Assembly: GCF_050874005.1 (NCBI RefSeq)
Contig: NZ_JBNMJV010000011.1
Span: 2,052 to 66,051 of the forward strand
Direction of reading: 5' to 3'
From: Huintestinicola sp.
GTDB taxonomy: Bacteria; Bacillota; Clostridia; Oscillospirales; Ruminococcaceae
DNA length: 64,000 nucleotides
The translations under genes and the position numbers were made by a program. This document shows positions 9,075 through 19,610 of the stretch, piece by piece. A model generated the notes under the pieces. It saw only the letters and a program-made list of their open reading frames with translations, did not search any database and was not told where the DNA came from. The number at the start of each line of letters is the position of its first letter. Within the stretch, counting starts at the first letter, position 1.

Positions 9075-12000
9075 ATGGCTATGGACAACTACAGAGTACA
9101 GGAACCATACGCAAAGCAGGGACTCTATGACCCCCGCTTCGAGCACGAGAACTGCGGAATAGGCGCAGTAGTAAATATGAACGGCGAGGCAGACTACAAG
9201 GTAGTTGACAGCGCCCTCAAGATCGTTGAAACTCTCGAGCACCGTGCAGGAAAGGACGCCGAGGGAAAAACAGGCGACGGCGTGGGAATACTTCTCCAGA
9301 TATCCCACACATTCTTCTCAAAGGTATGCGCCGAGGAAGGAATAAAGATCGGCGGCAAGAGAGAATACGGAATAGCTATGTTCTTCTTCCCCCAGTCCGA
9401 GGACAAGCTGAAAAAGTCAATGGCAACCTTTGAAAAGGTGCTTGCCGATGAAAAGCTTACATTTTTAGGCTGGAGAAAAGTTCCCGTTGAGCCCTCCGTA
9501 TTAGGCTCCAAGGCACTTGAAAGTATGCCCAATATCTATCAGGCATTCATTGAAAAGCCTGCTGACTGCGAAAAGGGACTCCCCTTCGACAGAAAGCTTT
9601 ATATCGCAAGAATGGTATTTGAAAAGGCAGACAAGGAGACATATGTGGTTTCCTGCTCAAGCCGTACAATAGTATATAAAGGAATGTTCCTTGTAGACCA
9701 GCTGAGAAAATTCTATAAGGACCTTGACTGCGAGGACTATCACAGCGCAATAGGAATCGTTCATTCCCGTTTCAGCACCAACACCAACCCCAGCTGGCAG
9801 CGCTCCCACCCCAACCGTATGATGGTGCATAACGGCGAGATAAACACCATTACGGGAAATGTGGATAAAATGCTCAGCCGTGAGTCCGTATTAAAGTCCG
9901 ATTATATCGGCGACAGAATGAAGGATATCGTTCCTATCCTTGACGTAACAGGCTCCGACTCCGCACGTCTTGACAATACTCTTGAATTTATGACAATGGC
10001 AGGGGTAGACCTTCCCCTTGCCGTAATTACCCTTATCCCCGAACCCTGGCAGCACCAGACAACAATGAGCCGTGAAAAAAGAGCTTTCTATCAGTATTAT
10101 GCAACAATGATGGAGCCGTGGGACGGCCCTGCCTCCATTATCTTCTCTGACGGCGACCTTGTAGGAGCTGTGCTTGACAGAAACGGTCTCCGTCCCTCAC
10201 GTTATTACATCACCGACGATAATAAGGGCGGAAAATATCTTATCCTTTCCTCAGAGGTAGGCGCACTTGATATCCCTGTTGAGACTATCGTTAAAAAGGA
10301 ACGTCTCCACCCCGGAAAAATGCTCCTTGTGGACACCGTAAAGGGCGAGCTTATCGAGGACGAGAAGATAAAGGACTACTACAGCAAGAGACAGCCCTAC
10401 GGCGAGTGGCTCGACCACAATTTCTACTCTCTCCACGAGTTCAATATCCCCAACAAGAAGCCTCTCAGATATTCGGGAGAGGAGCTTGAAAGACTTCAGC
10501 ACGCCTTCGGTTATACATATGAAGCTATCAGAAGCACAATGATACCAATGGCGTTAAACGGCTCAGAGCCTACAGCTGCAATGGGCGTAGATACTCCTAT
10601 TCCCCCGCTCTCAAAGAAAAATCCCCCTCTCTTTGATTATTTCAAGCAGCTTTTCGCACAGGTAACAAATCCCCCCATCGACGCTATCAGAGAGTCGGTC
10701 ATCACCGATACATCGGTATATCTGGGCACCTCGGGCAATATCCTCAAGGAGGACGAAAAGAACTGCCGTGTACTCCAGATAAAGAACCCCGTTCTTACAA
10801 ACCTCGACCTTCTGAAAATTCGCACCGCCAACATTGAGGGACTTAAAACCGCAGACATCTCAATGCTCTACAAAAAGGACACTTCCACCCTCAGGCAGGC
10901 GATCGAAAACCTTTATACACAGGCAGACAAGGCTCACGAGACAGGCGCATCTATCCTTATCCTCTCCGACAGAGGTGTTGATAAGGATCACCTTGCAATT
11001 CCCTCTCTCCTTGCCGTTGCAGCCCTTGAAAATTACCTTGTAAAGACAAGAAAGAACACCGCCATCTCCATAATCGTTGAAACTGCCGAGCCTTACGAGG
11101 TGCATCATTTTGCAACCCTTCTGGGCTTCGGAGCAAGTGCCGTAAACCCCTATCTTGCAATGGATACTCTCTATGAGCTTACCTCTGGCAAGGCTATCGA
11201 CAAGGAATATACAGAAGCGCTCAACTGCTATGTCAAGGCAATTGTCAGCGGCATTGTAAAGATAGCCTCTAAAATGGGTATCTCCACGATCCAGTCCTAT
11301 CAGGGCAGCAAGATATTCGAGGCTCTCGGTATCTCCAAGAGCGTGTGCGATGAATTCTTCCCCGATACCGTCAGCAGGGTGGGCGGCATAGACCTTGATG
11401 ATATCAGCGATCAGGTAATTGCCCGCCACGATGCCGCATTCGACCCCAGAGACCTTACCGTAAACGATGCAATGGAAAGCGTAGGCAGCCATAAGTCCAG
11501 AAGCGGCAAGGAGGAGCATATGTATAATCCTATGACTATACATCTTCTCCAGCAGGCAGCGTGGACAAACGACTACAGCCTTTTCAAGAAATATTCCGAG
11601 TATCTTAACGCCGAGGAGAGAAATCTCACCCTCAGAAGCACCCTTGACTTTAAATTCGCCCCCGACGGCGGCATACCCCTTGACGAGGTAGAAAGCGTAG
11701 AAAGCATTATGCACCGTTTCAAAACAGGTGCAATGTCCTATGGCTCCATTTCTCAGGAAGCCCACGAATGTATGGCGATCGCAATGAATATGATAGGCGG
11801 CAAGTCCAACAGCGGCGAGGGCGGCGAGGACCTTGAAAGAATAATCACCGCAGGAATGCCGGAGGATAAATGCTCTGCCATCAAGCAGGTGGCATCGGGA
11901 CGTTTCGGCGTAACATCGAAATACCTCACCTCCGCAAAGGAGATCCAGATAAAAATGGCACAGGGCGCAAAGCCCGGCGAAGGCGGACATCTGCCTGCAA

Positions 12001-13652
12001 AGAAGGTATATCCCTGGATAGCCAAGACCCGTCACTCCACACCCGGTGTGGCTCTTATCTCCCCTCCTCCTCACCACGATATCTACTCCATCGAGGACCT
12101 GGCACAGCTTATCTATGACCTGAAAAATGCCAACAAGGACGCACGTATCTCCGTTAAGCTGGTTTCCGAGGTGGGCGTAGGCACCATTGCCGCAGGCGTT
12201 GCAAAGGCAGGCGCAGGGGTAGTGCTCATTTCGGGCTATGACGGCGGCACAGGCGCAGCACCCGGAAGCTCCATTCACAACGCAGGTCTGCCTTGGGAGC
12301 TTGGACTTGCGGAAACTCACAGAACTCTTATTATGAACGGTCTCCGTTCCAAGGTCGTTATCGAAACAGACGGCAAGATGATGACAGGACGAGATGTAGT
12401 TATCGCCGCAATGCTGGGCGCAGAGGAATACGGCTTTGCCACCGCTCCTCTGGTAACAATGGGCTGCGTAATGATGAGAGTATGTAACCTTGACACCTGC
12501 CCCGTAGGCGTTGCCACACAGAACCCCGAGCTGAGAAAGCGCTTCAAGGGCAAGCCCGAGTATATCGTAAACTTTATGCGCTTTATAGCAACAGAAATGC
12601 GTGAGTATATGGCAAAGCTCGGTATACGCACCGTTGACGAGCTTGTAGGCCGTTCCGACCTCCTTGTAAAGAAGGACTTCCCCGAGGGAAGCAAGGCAGC
12701 AAAGATAGATATGTCGGAAATTCTCGATAATCCCTATGCAGGAACCGACACACCTTCTCACTTTATCCCCGGCGACGCATATGACTTCAAGCTGGGCGAG
12801 ACAATCGATGAAAAGGTCATAATCCCTGCAATGTCGGAAGCTCTCGAAAAGAAGGAGCCTAAGACTATTGATATCAAGGTAAGCAACCTTAACAGAACTC
12901 TCGGCACCCTCTTCGGCTCCGAGATAACAAGAAGATATTACAACACTCTCGAGGACGATACTTATGTTGTTAAGTGTCACGGCTCGGGCGGACAGAGCTT
13001 CGGCGCATTCATTCCCAAGGGACTCACCCTTGAGCTTGAGGGCGACAGCAACGACTACTTCGGAAAGGGCCTCTCAGGCGGAAAACTTGTGCTCTATGCA
13101 CCCAAGGAGGCAAAGTACAAGGCAGACGATAATATCATCGTGGGCAACGTTGCACTCTTCGGCGCAACAAGCGGCAAGGCGTTCATCGCAGGTATCGCAG
13201 GCGAGCGCTTCTGCGTAAGAAACTCGGGCGCAACAGTTGTAGTAGAGGGCGTAGGCGACCACGGCTGCGAGTATATGACAGGCGGACGTGCAGTTATCCT
13301 CGGAAAAACAAGCAAGAACTTTGCGGCAGGAATGAGCGGCGGTATCGCTTATGTCCTTGACGAGGAATTCGACCTTTACACTAAGCTCAACAAGGCTCTC
13401 GTAGGCTTCTCCAAGCTTACCGAGCAGGAGGATATCGACGAACTCAGATCCCTTATCGAGGAGCACACGCAGGCAACAGGTTCTGTACGAGGCAGAGAGA
13501 TACTCGATAACTTTGACGAATATCTTCCCAAATTCAAGAAGATCATTCCCCACGATTATGCGAAGATGATGAACAGCATAAAGAAGTTCACAGCCGAGGG
13601 TATGAACCCCGACGACGCACGTATCTCCGCATTCTATGAGAACACCAAGTAA
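9075..13652 (+). CDS. gltB: Glutamate synthase large subunit
   Basis: ENCGIG amidotransferase start, HSRFSTNT, HNGEINT, QGAKPGEGGHL, Fe-S motif CVMMRVCNLDTCP, GXGXG C-terminal domain. Confidence 0.98.
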   Translation: MAMDNYRVQEPYAKQGLYDPRFEHENCGIGAVVNMNGEADYKVVDSALKIVETLEHRAGKDAEGKTGDGVGILLQISHTFFSKVCAEEGIKIGGKREYGIAMFFFPQSEDKLKKSMATFEKVLADEKLTFLGWRKVPVEPSVLGSKALESMPNIYQAFIEKPADCEKGLPFDRKLYIARMVFEKADKETYVVSCSSRTIVYKGMFLVDQLRKFYKDLDCEDYHSAIGIVHSRFSTNTNPSWQRSHPNRMMVHNGEINTITGNVDKMLSRESVLKSDYIGDRMKDIVPILDVTGSDSARLDNTLEFMTMAGVDLPLAVITLIPEPWQHQTTMSREKRAFYQYYATMMEPWDGPASIIFSDGDLVGAVLDRNGLRPSRYYITDDNKGGKYLILSSEVGALDIPVETIVKKERLHPGKMLLVDTVKGELIEDEKIKDYYSKRQPYGEWLDHNFYSLHEFNIPNKKPLRYSGEELERLQHAFGYTYEAIRSTMIPMALNGSEPTAAMGVDTPIPPLSKKNPPLFDYFKQLFAQVTNPPIDAIRESVITDTSVYLGTSGNILKEDEKNCRVLQIKNPVLTNLDLLKIRTANIEGLKTADISMLYKKDTSTLRQAIENLYTQADKAHETGASILILSDRGVDKDHLAIPSLLAVAALENYLVKTRKNTAISIIVETAEPYEVHHFATLLGFGASAVNPYLAMDTLYELTSGKAIDKEYTEALNCYVKAIVSGIVKIASKMGISTIQSYQGSKIFEALGISKSVCDEFFPDTVSRVGGIDLDDISDQVIARHDAAFDPRDLTVNDAMESVGSHKSRSGKEEHMYNPMTIHLLQQAAWTNDYSLFKKYSEYLNAEERNLTLRSTLDFKFAPDGGIPLDEVESVESIMHRFKTGAMSYGSISQEAHECMAIAMNMIGGKSNSGEGGEDLERIITAGMPEDKCSAIKQVASGRFGVTSKYLTSAKEIQIKMAQGAKPGEGGHLPAKKVYPWIAKTRHSTPGVALISPPPHHDIYSIEDLAQLIYDLKNANKDARISVKLVSEVGVGTIAAGVAKAGAGVVLISGYDGGTGAAPGSSIHNAGLPWELGLAETHRTLIMNGLRSKVVIETDGKMMTGRDVVIAAMLGAEEYGFATAPLVTMGCVMMRVCNLDTCPVGVATQNPELRKRFKGKPEYIVNFMRFIATEMREYMAKLGIRTVDELVGRSDLLVKKDFPEGSKAAKIDMSEILDNPYAGTDTPSHFIPGDAYDFKLGETIDEKVIIPAMSEALEKKEPKTIDIKVSNLNRTLGTLFGSEITRRYYNTLEDDTYVVKCHGSGGQSFGAFIPKGLTLELEGDSNDYFGKGLSGGKLVLYAPKEAKYKADDNIIVGNVALFGATSGKAFIAGIAGERFCVRNSGATVVVEGVGDHGCEYMTGGRAVILGKTSKNFAAGMSGGIAYVLDEEFDLYTKLNKALVGFSKLTEQEDIDELRSLIEEHTQATGSVRGREILDNFDEYLPKFKKIIPHDYAKMMNSIKKFTAEGMNPDDARISAFYENTK

Positions 13653-13681
13653 CAGGCACGGAAAGGAAGGAATGATTTACT

Positions 13682-15175
13682 ATGGGAAAATCAACAGGAT
13701 TTTTAGAATATAAAAGAACCGAAAACGAAGGTCTCGAACCCCTCGAGCGCATTAAGAACTATCGTGAGTTCCACACCCCCCTTGATATGGAGGCAAGAAA
13801 AAAGCAGGCGGCACGCTGTATGGACTGCGGCGTACCCTTCTGCCAGTACGGCAAGCCTCTTCATAACGGAATGGTGTCGGGCTGCCCCTTAAATAACCTC
13901 TGCCCCGAGTGGAACGACCTTATCTATACCGACAGTATGGACGAGGCGGCACGCAGACTGCTGCTCACAAACAGCTTCCCCGAGTTCACCTCGAGAGTAT
14001 GCCCCGCCCTCTGCGAAAAAGCCTGCACCTGCGGACTAAACGGCGACCCGGTTACCGTCAAGGAGAACGAGTATTCCATCATCGAATATGCCTATTCCCA
14101 CGGACTGATGGAGCCCTCCGTTCCCTCCGTAAGAACGGGCAAGACCGTAGCCGTAGTAGGCTCGGGACCCTCGGGCCTCGCCGCAGCCCAGAGACTTAAC
14201 AGACGTGGTCATAAGGTCACCGTATTTGAGCGTGAAGACCGTCCCGGCGGACTGCTTATGTACGGCATACCCAATATGAAGCTTGAAAAGTCTGTAGTTG
14301 ACCGCCGCATAAAGCTTATGGAAGCCGAGGGCGTAGAGTTTAAGACAAATGTGAACGTAGGCAAGGATATAACCGCCGAGGAGCTTACCTCGAAATTTGA
14401 CGCAGTTGTACTCTGCTGCGGCTCGGGCAATCCCCGAAATATCGAGGCTCCGGGACGTGACGCAAATGGAATTTACTATGCCGTAGATTTCCTCAAGGCA
14501 ACCACCAAGAGCCTTATGGGCTCCAACCTCTCCGACGGCTACTACATCAGCGCAAAGTACAAGAATGTTGTAGTTATCGGCGGCGGAGACACAGGCAATG
14601 ACTGTGTCGGAACAGCTATCCGTCACGGCTGCAAATCCGTAGTCCAGCTTGAGATGATGCCCAAGCTCCCCGACACAAGAGCGGAAAACAACCCCTGGCC
14701 CGAATGGCCCAGAGTAAACAAGACCGATTACGGTCAGGAAGAAGCTATAGCAGTATTCGGCCACGACCCTCGAATTTACCAGACCACCGTAAAGCAGTTC
14801 ATCAAGGACGAAAAGGGCAATATAAACTCCATTGAGACAGTTCGTCTCCAGCCCGTAAAGGACGAAGCCACAGGCAGAACTAAGATGGAGCAGGTAAGAG
14901 ACAGCGAGGAAATTATCCCCGCAGACCTTGTCCTCATCGCCGCAGGCTTTTTAGGTACAGAAAAGTACATTGCCGATGCATTCGGCGTAGAGCTGAACCC
15001 CAGGACTAACGTAGCTACCGCCTCCCCCGACACCTATAAGACCAACATTGAAAAGGTGTTCACCGCAGGCGATATGCACAGAGGACAGTCCCTCGTGGTA
15101 TGGGCAATAAGAGAGGGCAGAGAGGCAGCAAAGGCAGTAGACGAGTATCTTATGGGGTACACCACACTCAGATAA
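13682..15175 (+). CDS. gltD: Glutamate synthase small subunit
   Basis: MGKSTGF start, ARCMDCGVPFC, GSGPSG FAD motif, GGGDTGNDC, GQSLVVWAI. Confidence 0.98.
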   Translation: MGKSTGFLEYKRTENEGLEPLERIKNYREFHTPLDMEARKKQAARCMDCGVPFCQYGKPLHNGMVSGCPLNNLCPEWNDLIYTDSMDEAARRLLLTNSFPEFTSRVCPALCEKACTCGLNGDPVTVKENEYSIIEYAYSHGLMEPSVPSVRTGKTVAVVGSGPSGLAAAQRLNRRGHKVTVFEREDRPGGLLMYGIPNMKLEKSVVDRRIKLMEAEGVEFKTNVNVGKDITAEELTSKFDAVVLCCGSGNPRNIEAPGRDANGIYYAVDFLKATTKSLMGSNLSDGYYISAKYKNVVVIGGGDTGNDCVGTAIRHGCKSVVQLEMMPKLPDTRAENNPWPEWPRVNKTDYGQEEAIAVFGHDPRIYQTTVKQFIKDEKGNINSIETVRLQPVKDEATGRTKMEQVRDSEEIIPADLVLIAAGFLGTEKYIADAFGVELNPRTNVATASPDTYKTNIEKVFTAGDMHRGQSLVVWAIREGREAAKAVDEYLMGYTTLR

Positions 15176-15189
15176 CCGACGGTAATAAT

Positions 15190-15218
15190 ATTATAGCACA
15201 TCTGTGCTGATTTGTCAA
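15190..15218 (-). promoter_or_regulatory. Consensus sigma-A promoter facing antisense into gltD
   Basis: Minus strand reads TTGACA-aatcagcacagatgtgc(17)-TATAAT with TG extension. Confidence 0.6.
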
Positions 15219-15244
15219 GCCCTTTATAAGAAATATGTTCTGAA

Positions 15245-15284
15245 AAAATCCTCCGCAGTTTGTATATAACTGCGGAGGATTTTC
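15245..15284 (+). terminator. Terminator after gltBD (probably bidirectional)
   Basis: AAAATCCTCCGCAGTT / AACTGCGGAGGATTTT inverted repeat. Confidence 0.8.
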
Positions 15285-15294
15285 TTTCCGAGCC

Positions 15295-15323
15295 TTGAAA
15301 TCCCGAAAAAAAGGTGATATAAT
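15295..15323 (+). promoter_or_regulatory. Sigma-A promoter of the SGNH-MATE genes
   Basis: TTGAAA-17-TATAAT with TG extension. Confidence 0.65.
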
Positions 15324-15358
15324 ATACATACATATAAATCTGAAAGGAAAATTTACCA

Positions 15359-16627
15359 ATGAACAAAAAAATAACCACAGGACTTGCCGCACTTCTTATG
15401 TGCGTAAGTATGACTGCCTGCAAATCGGAAGAAGCCGCCGCACCCGAAAACGTTTCCGAAACTGCTGCCTCTTCAACAGAAACCGTCACCGAAGCCGACC
15501 TGACTCCCGGCGAGCCTGTAGACCTTGAAGCGGGGCTTACGGATAAAATGTATCAAAGAGCGCTTTTAAACGAGGGAAACCGTTCCCGCCTTGCCGCCGC
15601 AATGAAAAAGGCTGAAAACGGCGAACCCGTTACCGTAGGCGTTATTGGCGGCTCTATCACCCAGGGAAGCCTTGCCTCCAATCAGGCAAACTGCTACGCC
15701 GAGCTTTTCCACAAATACTGGACTGATAAATTCCCAAGCAGCGAGATAACCTTTGTGAATGCAGGCATAGGCGGCACGAACTCCTATCTTGGCGTTCACC
15801 GTGCAGATGAACAGCTCCTTTCCGCAAAGCCCGATGTGGTCATTGTTGAATTTTCAGTAAACGACACAGACAAGGTAATGAACAAGTATTCCTACGACAG
15901 CCTTGTAAGAAAGATACTTAACGCCGAGGGCGACCCCGCAGTTATCCTTCTATTCACCACTCAGGAGGACGGCACAAGCTTACAGGAAGTCCATAAGGAA
16001 ATAGGTCTTGCCTATGACCTGCCAATGCTCAGCTACCGTGAGGTGGTATATCCCGAGGTTGCCGCAGGCACTCTTAACTGGAAGGACATCTCCCCCGATA
16101 ATATCCACCCCAACGACGCAGGCCACAGCCTTATCGGTCAGCTCCTCGGAAGATATCTTGACAGCGTTTACGACGATCTGGAAAATATAGACGATACCGA
16201 CACCGCCTTTACAGCAAACGCTTACACCGCCGATTACTACAAAAATGCGAAAATGCTTGGCGCCTCTCAGACAGAAGCCACGGAAATGAGCGGCTTTGAG
16301 ATATCGGGCAATAAGGTCTACCCCGAACTTTTCTCCGACAATTTCGTCACCGAGGAAGAGGGCTATCTGAAATTTGAGGTCGAGTGCCAAAATCTGGGAA
16401 TATTCTACTTAAAGCAGACCGACGGCAAAGGCGGCAAATACGATGTCCTGGTTGACGGGGAAAGAAAATCCGTCCTCGATGCAGATTTTTCGGGCGGCTG
16501 GGGCAATTACGGCGAACCTCAGCAGGTCATCATCGGCAAGGAAACGGGCAAACACACCATTGAGATAAAGCTTTCCGAAGGCAGCGACAAAACAGCTCTT
16601 ACTATTCTCGGAATTATGGTGAGCTGA
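15359..16627 (+). CDS. SGNH/GDSL hydrolase lipoprotein
   Basis: Lipobox MTA-C; blocks GGSIT, GIGGT, EFSVND and DNIHPN are intact. Confidence 0.85.
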   Translation: MNKKITTGLAALLMCVSMTACKSEEAAAPENVSETAASSTETVTEADLTPGEPVDLEAGLTDKMYQRALLNEGNRSRLAAAMKKAENGEPVTVGVIGGSITQGSLASNQANCYAELFHKYWTDKFPSSEITFVNAGIGGTNSYLGVHRADEQLLSAKPDVVIVEFSVNDTDKVMNKYSYDSLVRKILNAEGDPAVILLFTTQEDGTSLQEVHKEIGLAYDLPMLSYREVVYPEVAAGTLNWKDISPDNIHPNDAGHSLIGQLLGRYLDSVYDDLENIDDTDTAFTANAYTADYYKNAKMLGASQTEATEMSGFEISGNKVYPELFSDNFVTEEEGYLKFEVECQNLGIFYLKQTDGKGGKYDVLVDGERKSVLDADFSGGWGNYGEPQQVIIGKETGKHTIEIKLSEGSDKTALTILGIMVS

Positions 16628-16667
16628 ATATAATAAAGAATACTGAAAGTATTCGGAGATAACATTT

Positions 16668-18038
16668 ATGACAAACGCAAAAAAATACGAAATGGATATG
16701 TGCAGCGGCTCCATACTGAAAAAAATGCTGATATTCACCCTGCCGCTGATGTTCTCAAGTATCCTCCAGCTTCTTTTCAATGCAGCGGATATCGTGGTGG
16801 TAGGCCGTTTTGCGGGAGATAACTCCCTTGCGGCGGTAGGCTCCACCACATCGCTCATAAACCTCCTCACCAACCTTTTTGTGGGGCTGTCCATAGGCGC
16901 AAACGTAACAGCCGCACGAAACTACGGCGCAAAGCGTGAAGAAGCTCTCAGCCGCACCGTTCACACATCAATAACCATCAGCCTTATAAGCGGCGTTGTC
17001 CTTACCGTCATAGGCATATTCGGCGCAAAGGAAATGCTGAAACTAATGAGCACCCCCGACGAGATAATCGACCTTGCTGCCGACTATCTGCGGATATATT
17101 TTGCGGGAATAACCGCCTCAATGGTCTACAACTTCGGCAGCGCCCTGCTTCGTGCCATAGGCGATACCAAGCGTCCCCTTTATTACCTTATGGCGGCGGG
17201 AGCGGTGAACGTGGCAATGAACCTGCTTTTCGTCATTGTTTTTAAAATGGACGTGTCGGGCGTAGCGCTGGCGACGGTCATATCCGAGTGCCTTTCCGCC
17301 TTTCTGGTGGTCAGGTGCCTTATGAAAGAGACGGGAGCCATAAAGCTTATTCTCAAAAAGCTTCGTGTCCATAAGCAGGAGCTGGGAACAATACTGCGTA
17401 TAGGACTGCCCGCAGGCTTTCAGGGAATAGTTTTCGCCCTGTCCAATGTGGTGATACAGTCCTCGGTAAACCTGTTCGGCAACGTGGTGGTTGCGGGAAA
17501 TTCCGCCGCCGCCAATATCGAAGGCTTTGTATATGTGGCAATGAACTCTTTCTATCAGGCGACCCTTTCCTTTATGAGCCAGAATTTCGGCGCAGGACAG
17601 TATAAGCGCCTTAACAGGATACTTGTCTGCGGCGAGATATGCGTTATCGCTGTGGGAGTTATCCTGGGAAATCTTGCGGTGATATTCGGAGAACCCCTTC
17701 TCGGTATCTATACCGACAGCCCCGAGGTAATTGCCGCAGGAATGGTGCGTCTCGGATATATATCGAGAGTTTATGCCCTCTGCGGCATAATGGACGTTCT
17801 CGTTGGCGCTCTCAGAGGAATAGGCTATTCGGTAATGCCGATGATAGTTTCCCTTGTAGGAGCCTGCGGACTGCGGCTTCTCTGGATAGCAACGGTTTTT
17901 CAAATACCCGAATATCACTCGGTGGAAACGGTGTATCTCTCCTATGCCATCACCTGGATAATCACCGCTTCTGTCCACCTTTTATGCTACATCATCGTGA
18001 GAAAAAAGGTTGCCCGTAAATACGAAACTGCCGCTTAG
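16668..18038 (+). CDS. MATE family efflux transporter
   Basis: LQLLFNAADIVVVGRF, RAIGDTKRPL, about 12 hydrophobic segments. Confidence 0.93.
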   Translation: MTNAKKYEMDMCSGSILKKMLIFTLPLMFSSILQLLFNAADIVVVGRFAGDNSLAAVGSTTSLINLLTNLFVGLSIGANVTAARNYGAKREEALSRTVHTSITISLISGVVLTVIGIFGAKEMLKLMSTPDEIIDLAADYLRIYFAGITASMVYNFGSALLRAIGDTKRPLYYLMAAGAVNVAMNLLFVIVFKMDVSGVALATVISECLSAFLVVRCLMKETGAIKLILKKLRVHKQELGTILRIGLPAGFQGIVFALSNVVIQSSVNLFGNVVVAGNSAAANIEGFVYVAMNSFYQATLSFMSQNFGAGQYKRLNRILVCGEICVIAVGVILGNLAVIFGEPLLGIYTDSPEVIAAGMVRLGYISRVYALCGIMDVLVGALRGIGYSVMPMIVSLVGACGLRLLWIATVFQIPEYHSVETVYLSYAITWIITASVHLLCYIIVRKKVARKYETAA

Positions 18039-18478
18039 CCCTCCGCAGTTTTCAGCCTTTCGGGACTGCCTGCCGCCGTGCATATGACCGCCACAGGCAA
18101 TGACAGCAGAAACCACCCTGCGCTGTAGGAGGGACATATCTGCCCCAGCACATTCAGATACATATGGGAATAATCCCATACGTCCCACCCCAGCAGCACA
18201 TTGACCACGCACCCCACGGTGAACTCAAAAAAGGTTATCACGCACATTCCGAAGAAGCATTTGAAAAGAATGCTGTCCTCGGGGTGGCGGGCGTAGCGCA
18301 GGTACATTATGAGCAGGCACACGCCCCCCGTCAGGGTCATAGTCCAATGGGTATAGCCCCTTGCCACTATCTCGATAAGTGAATAAAGCACGCCGCCGCC
18401 GAGAAATACGGCGGTGTACCGTCCTATAGGCGAGGTCGACGACCAGGGGGAGCTTCCGCCAAGAGCAAAGCTTTGCAT
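18035..18478 (-). CDS. Putative ABC-transporter-permease-like membrane protein (CmpB/DUF1113-type)
   Basis: GYTHWTM..TGG, EF..G..VN..LGWDVWDYS..LN.LGQIC motifs. Start moved to 18478 (GAAAGG RBS); the ORF track opens at 18535. Confidence 0.75.
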   Translation of the reverse strand: MQSFALGGSSPWSSTSPIGRYTAVFLGGGVLYSLIEIVARGYTHWTMTLTGGVCLLIMYLRYARHPEDSILFKCFFGMCVITFFEFTVGCVVNVLLGWDVWDYSHMYLNVLGQICPSYSAGWFLLSLPVAVICTAAGSPERLKTAEG

Positions 18479-18675
18479 AATAATATCAGACCTTTCAAAA
18501 AAATCTATAGGCATATTATCCCGCAGCGAGTGCATAAAAATACCCTCAAAGCCAAATTGACCATAACCAATTAAAGGAATGTGTGAAAATCAAAGATTTT
18601 CACACCGAGTTTTGTTTCATTGTCTGCCGACAAAGATTTCCTGGCGGAAAATACAAAGCTCTCAAGAAAGGAAAA

Positions 18676-19308
18676 ATGAACAAAATGAACGAAGAAAAAT
18701 TTTTCGCCATAATCTCCCGAATGAAATATATAAACCGCTGGGGACTTATGCGAAACACCATAACCGAAAACATCAGCGAGCACAGCCTTGAAACGGCATT
18801 CATCGCCCACGTACTTGCCCTTTACAGAAATGTCCGCTTCAAAGGGAATGTTGACCCCCAGCGCTGTGCACTTCTTGCAATGTACCACGATGTCACCGAG
18901 ATAATCACAGGCGACCTGCCCACCCCCGTAAAATATTACAATGCGGAGATACGTGCGGAGTATGACAAGGTGGAGAAAATGGCTGAGGAGAAAATGCTTT
19001 CCTATCTTCCCGAAGATCTGCGGGAGTATTACCGCCCATTGCTGGGACATACCGAGGAGGAAAAGGAGCTTTGGAAGCTTGTAAAGGCGGCGGATAAGCT
19101 TTCCGCCCTGATAAAATGTGTGGAGGAGCGGCAGATGGGCAACTCCGACTTTACCGATGCGGAAAAATCCACCCTTGAAGCCATTCACGAGATGAATCTC
19201 CCCGAAGCGGAGGAATTTTTAAAAGAATTTATGCCTGCATATAATGGAACGCTGGATAAGCAGGCAGCGGGTGACGACCCGCAGCGACCTCGTTGGGATA
19301 TTTCGTAA
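18676..19308 (+). CDS. yfbR: 5'-deoxynucleotidase (HD domain, YfbR family)
   Basis: RMKYINRWGLM, ENISEHS, YHD...GDLPTPVK, ADKLSALIKC.EE motifs; start at 18676 or 18685. Confidence 0.9.
   Translation: MNKMNEEKFFAIISRMKYINRWGLMRNTITENISEHSLETAFIAHVLALYRNVRFKGNVDPQRCALLAMYHDVTEIITGDLPTPVKYYNAEIRAEYDKVEKMAEEKMLSYLPEDLREYYRPLLGHTEEEKELWKLVKAADKLSALIKCVEERQMGNSDFTDAEKSTLEAIHEMNLPEAEEFLKEFMPAYNGTLDKQAAGDDPQRPRWDIS
19267..19294 (+). repeat. Partial copy (first hairpin) of the stop-codon-associated repeat, translated as the YfbR tail
   Basis: GCGGGTGACGACCCGCAGCGAC nearly identical to the copies after typA and in folD. Confidence 0.65.
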
Positions 19309-19526
19309 AAGTCCTCTCATTTGTGGCACGGTCACTTTCAAAGGCACAAGTTCAAACCGCAGACCTAAACCGAATAGGCGTATGCCCCACCCCGAGAAAT
19401 GGAAAATCGCAAAAAAGAGATGTCGTGGTAAACAAATCCGAACAAAACCAAGCAAAGGACTTTAGTTAACAAGTCAAAGTACAACTGTAAAAATGCAGAA
19501 AGGGGGAGAGGGTAGGGAAAGAGGTC

Positions 19527-19610
19527 GCAAGGGGAAAACCGTAGGAGAGGGGGAAGTCCGCATTTTTGTTGGGTTTATTTCTTCTCCCTCTCCTTAGGTT
19601 GTCCCTTTGC
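19527..19610. repeat. Long imperfect inverted repeat (about 30-bp arms) in the yfbR-rplL intergenic region
   Basis: GCAAGGGGAAAACCGTAGGAGAGGGGGAAG ... CTTCTCCCTCTCCTTAGGTTGTCCCTTTGC. Confidence 0.65.

Noticed and set aside
10860-12980. 706-aa minus-strand ORF
   Set aside because: Antisense shadow of gltB produced by strong codon bias; no RBS or recognisable motifs.
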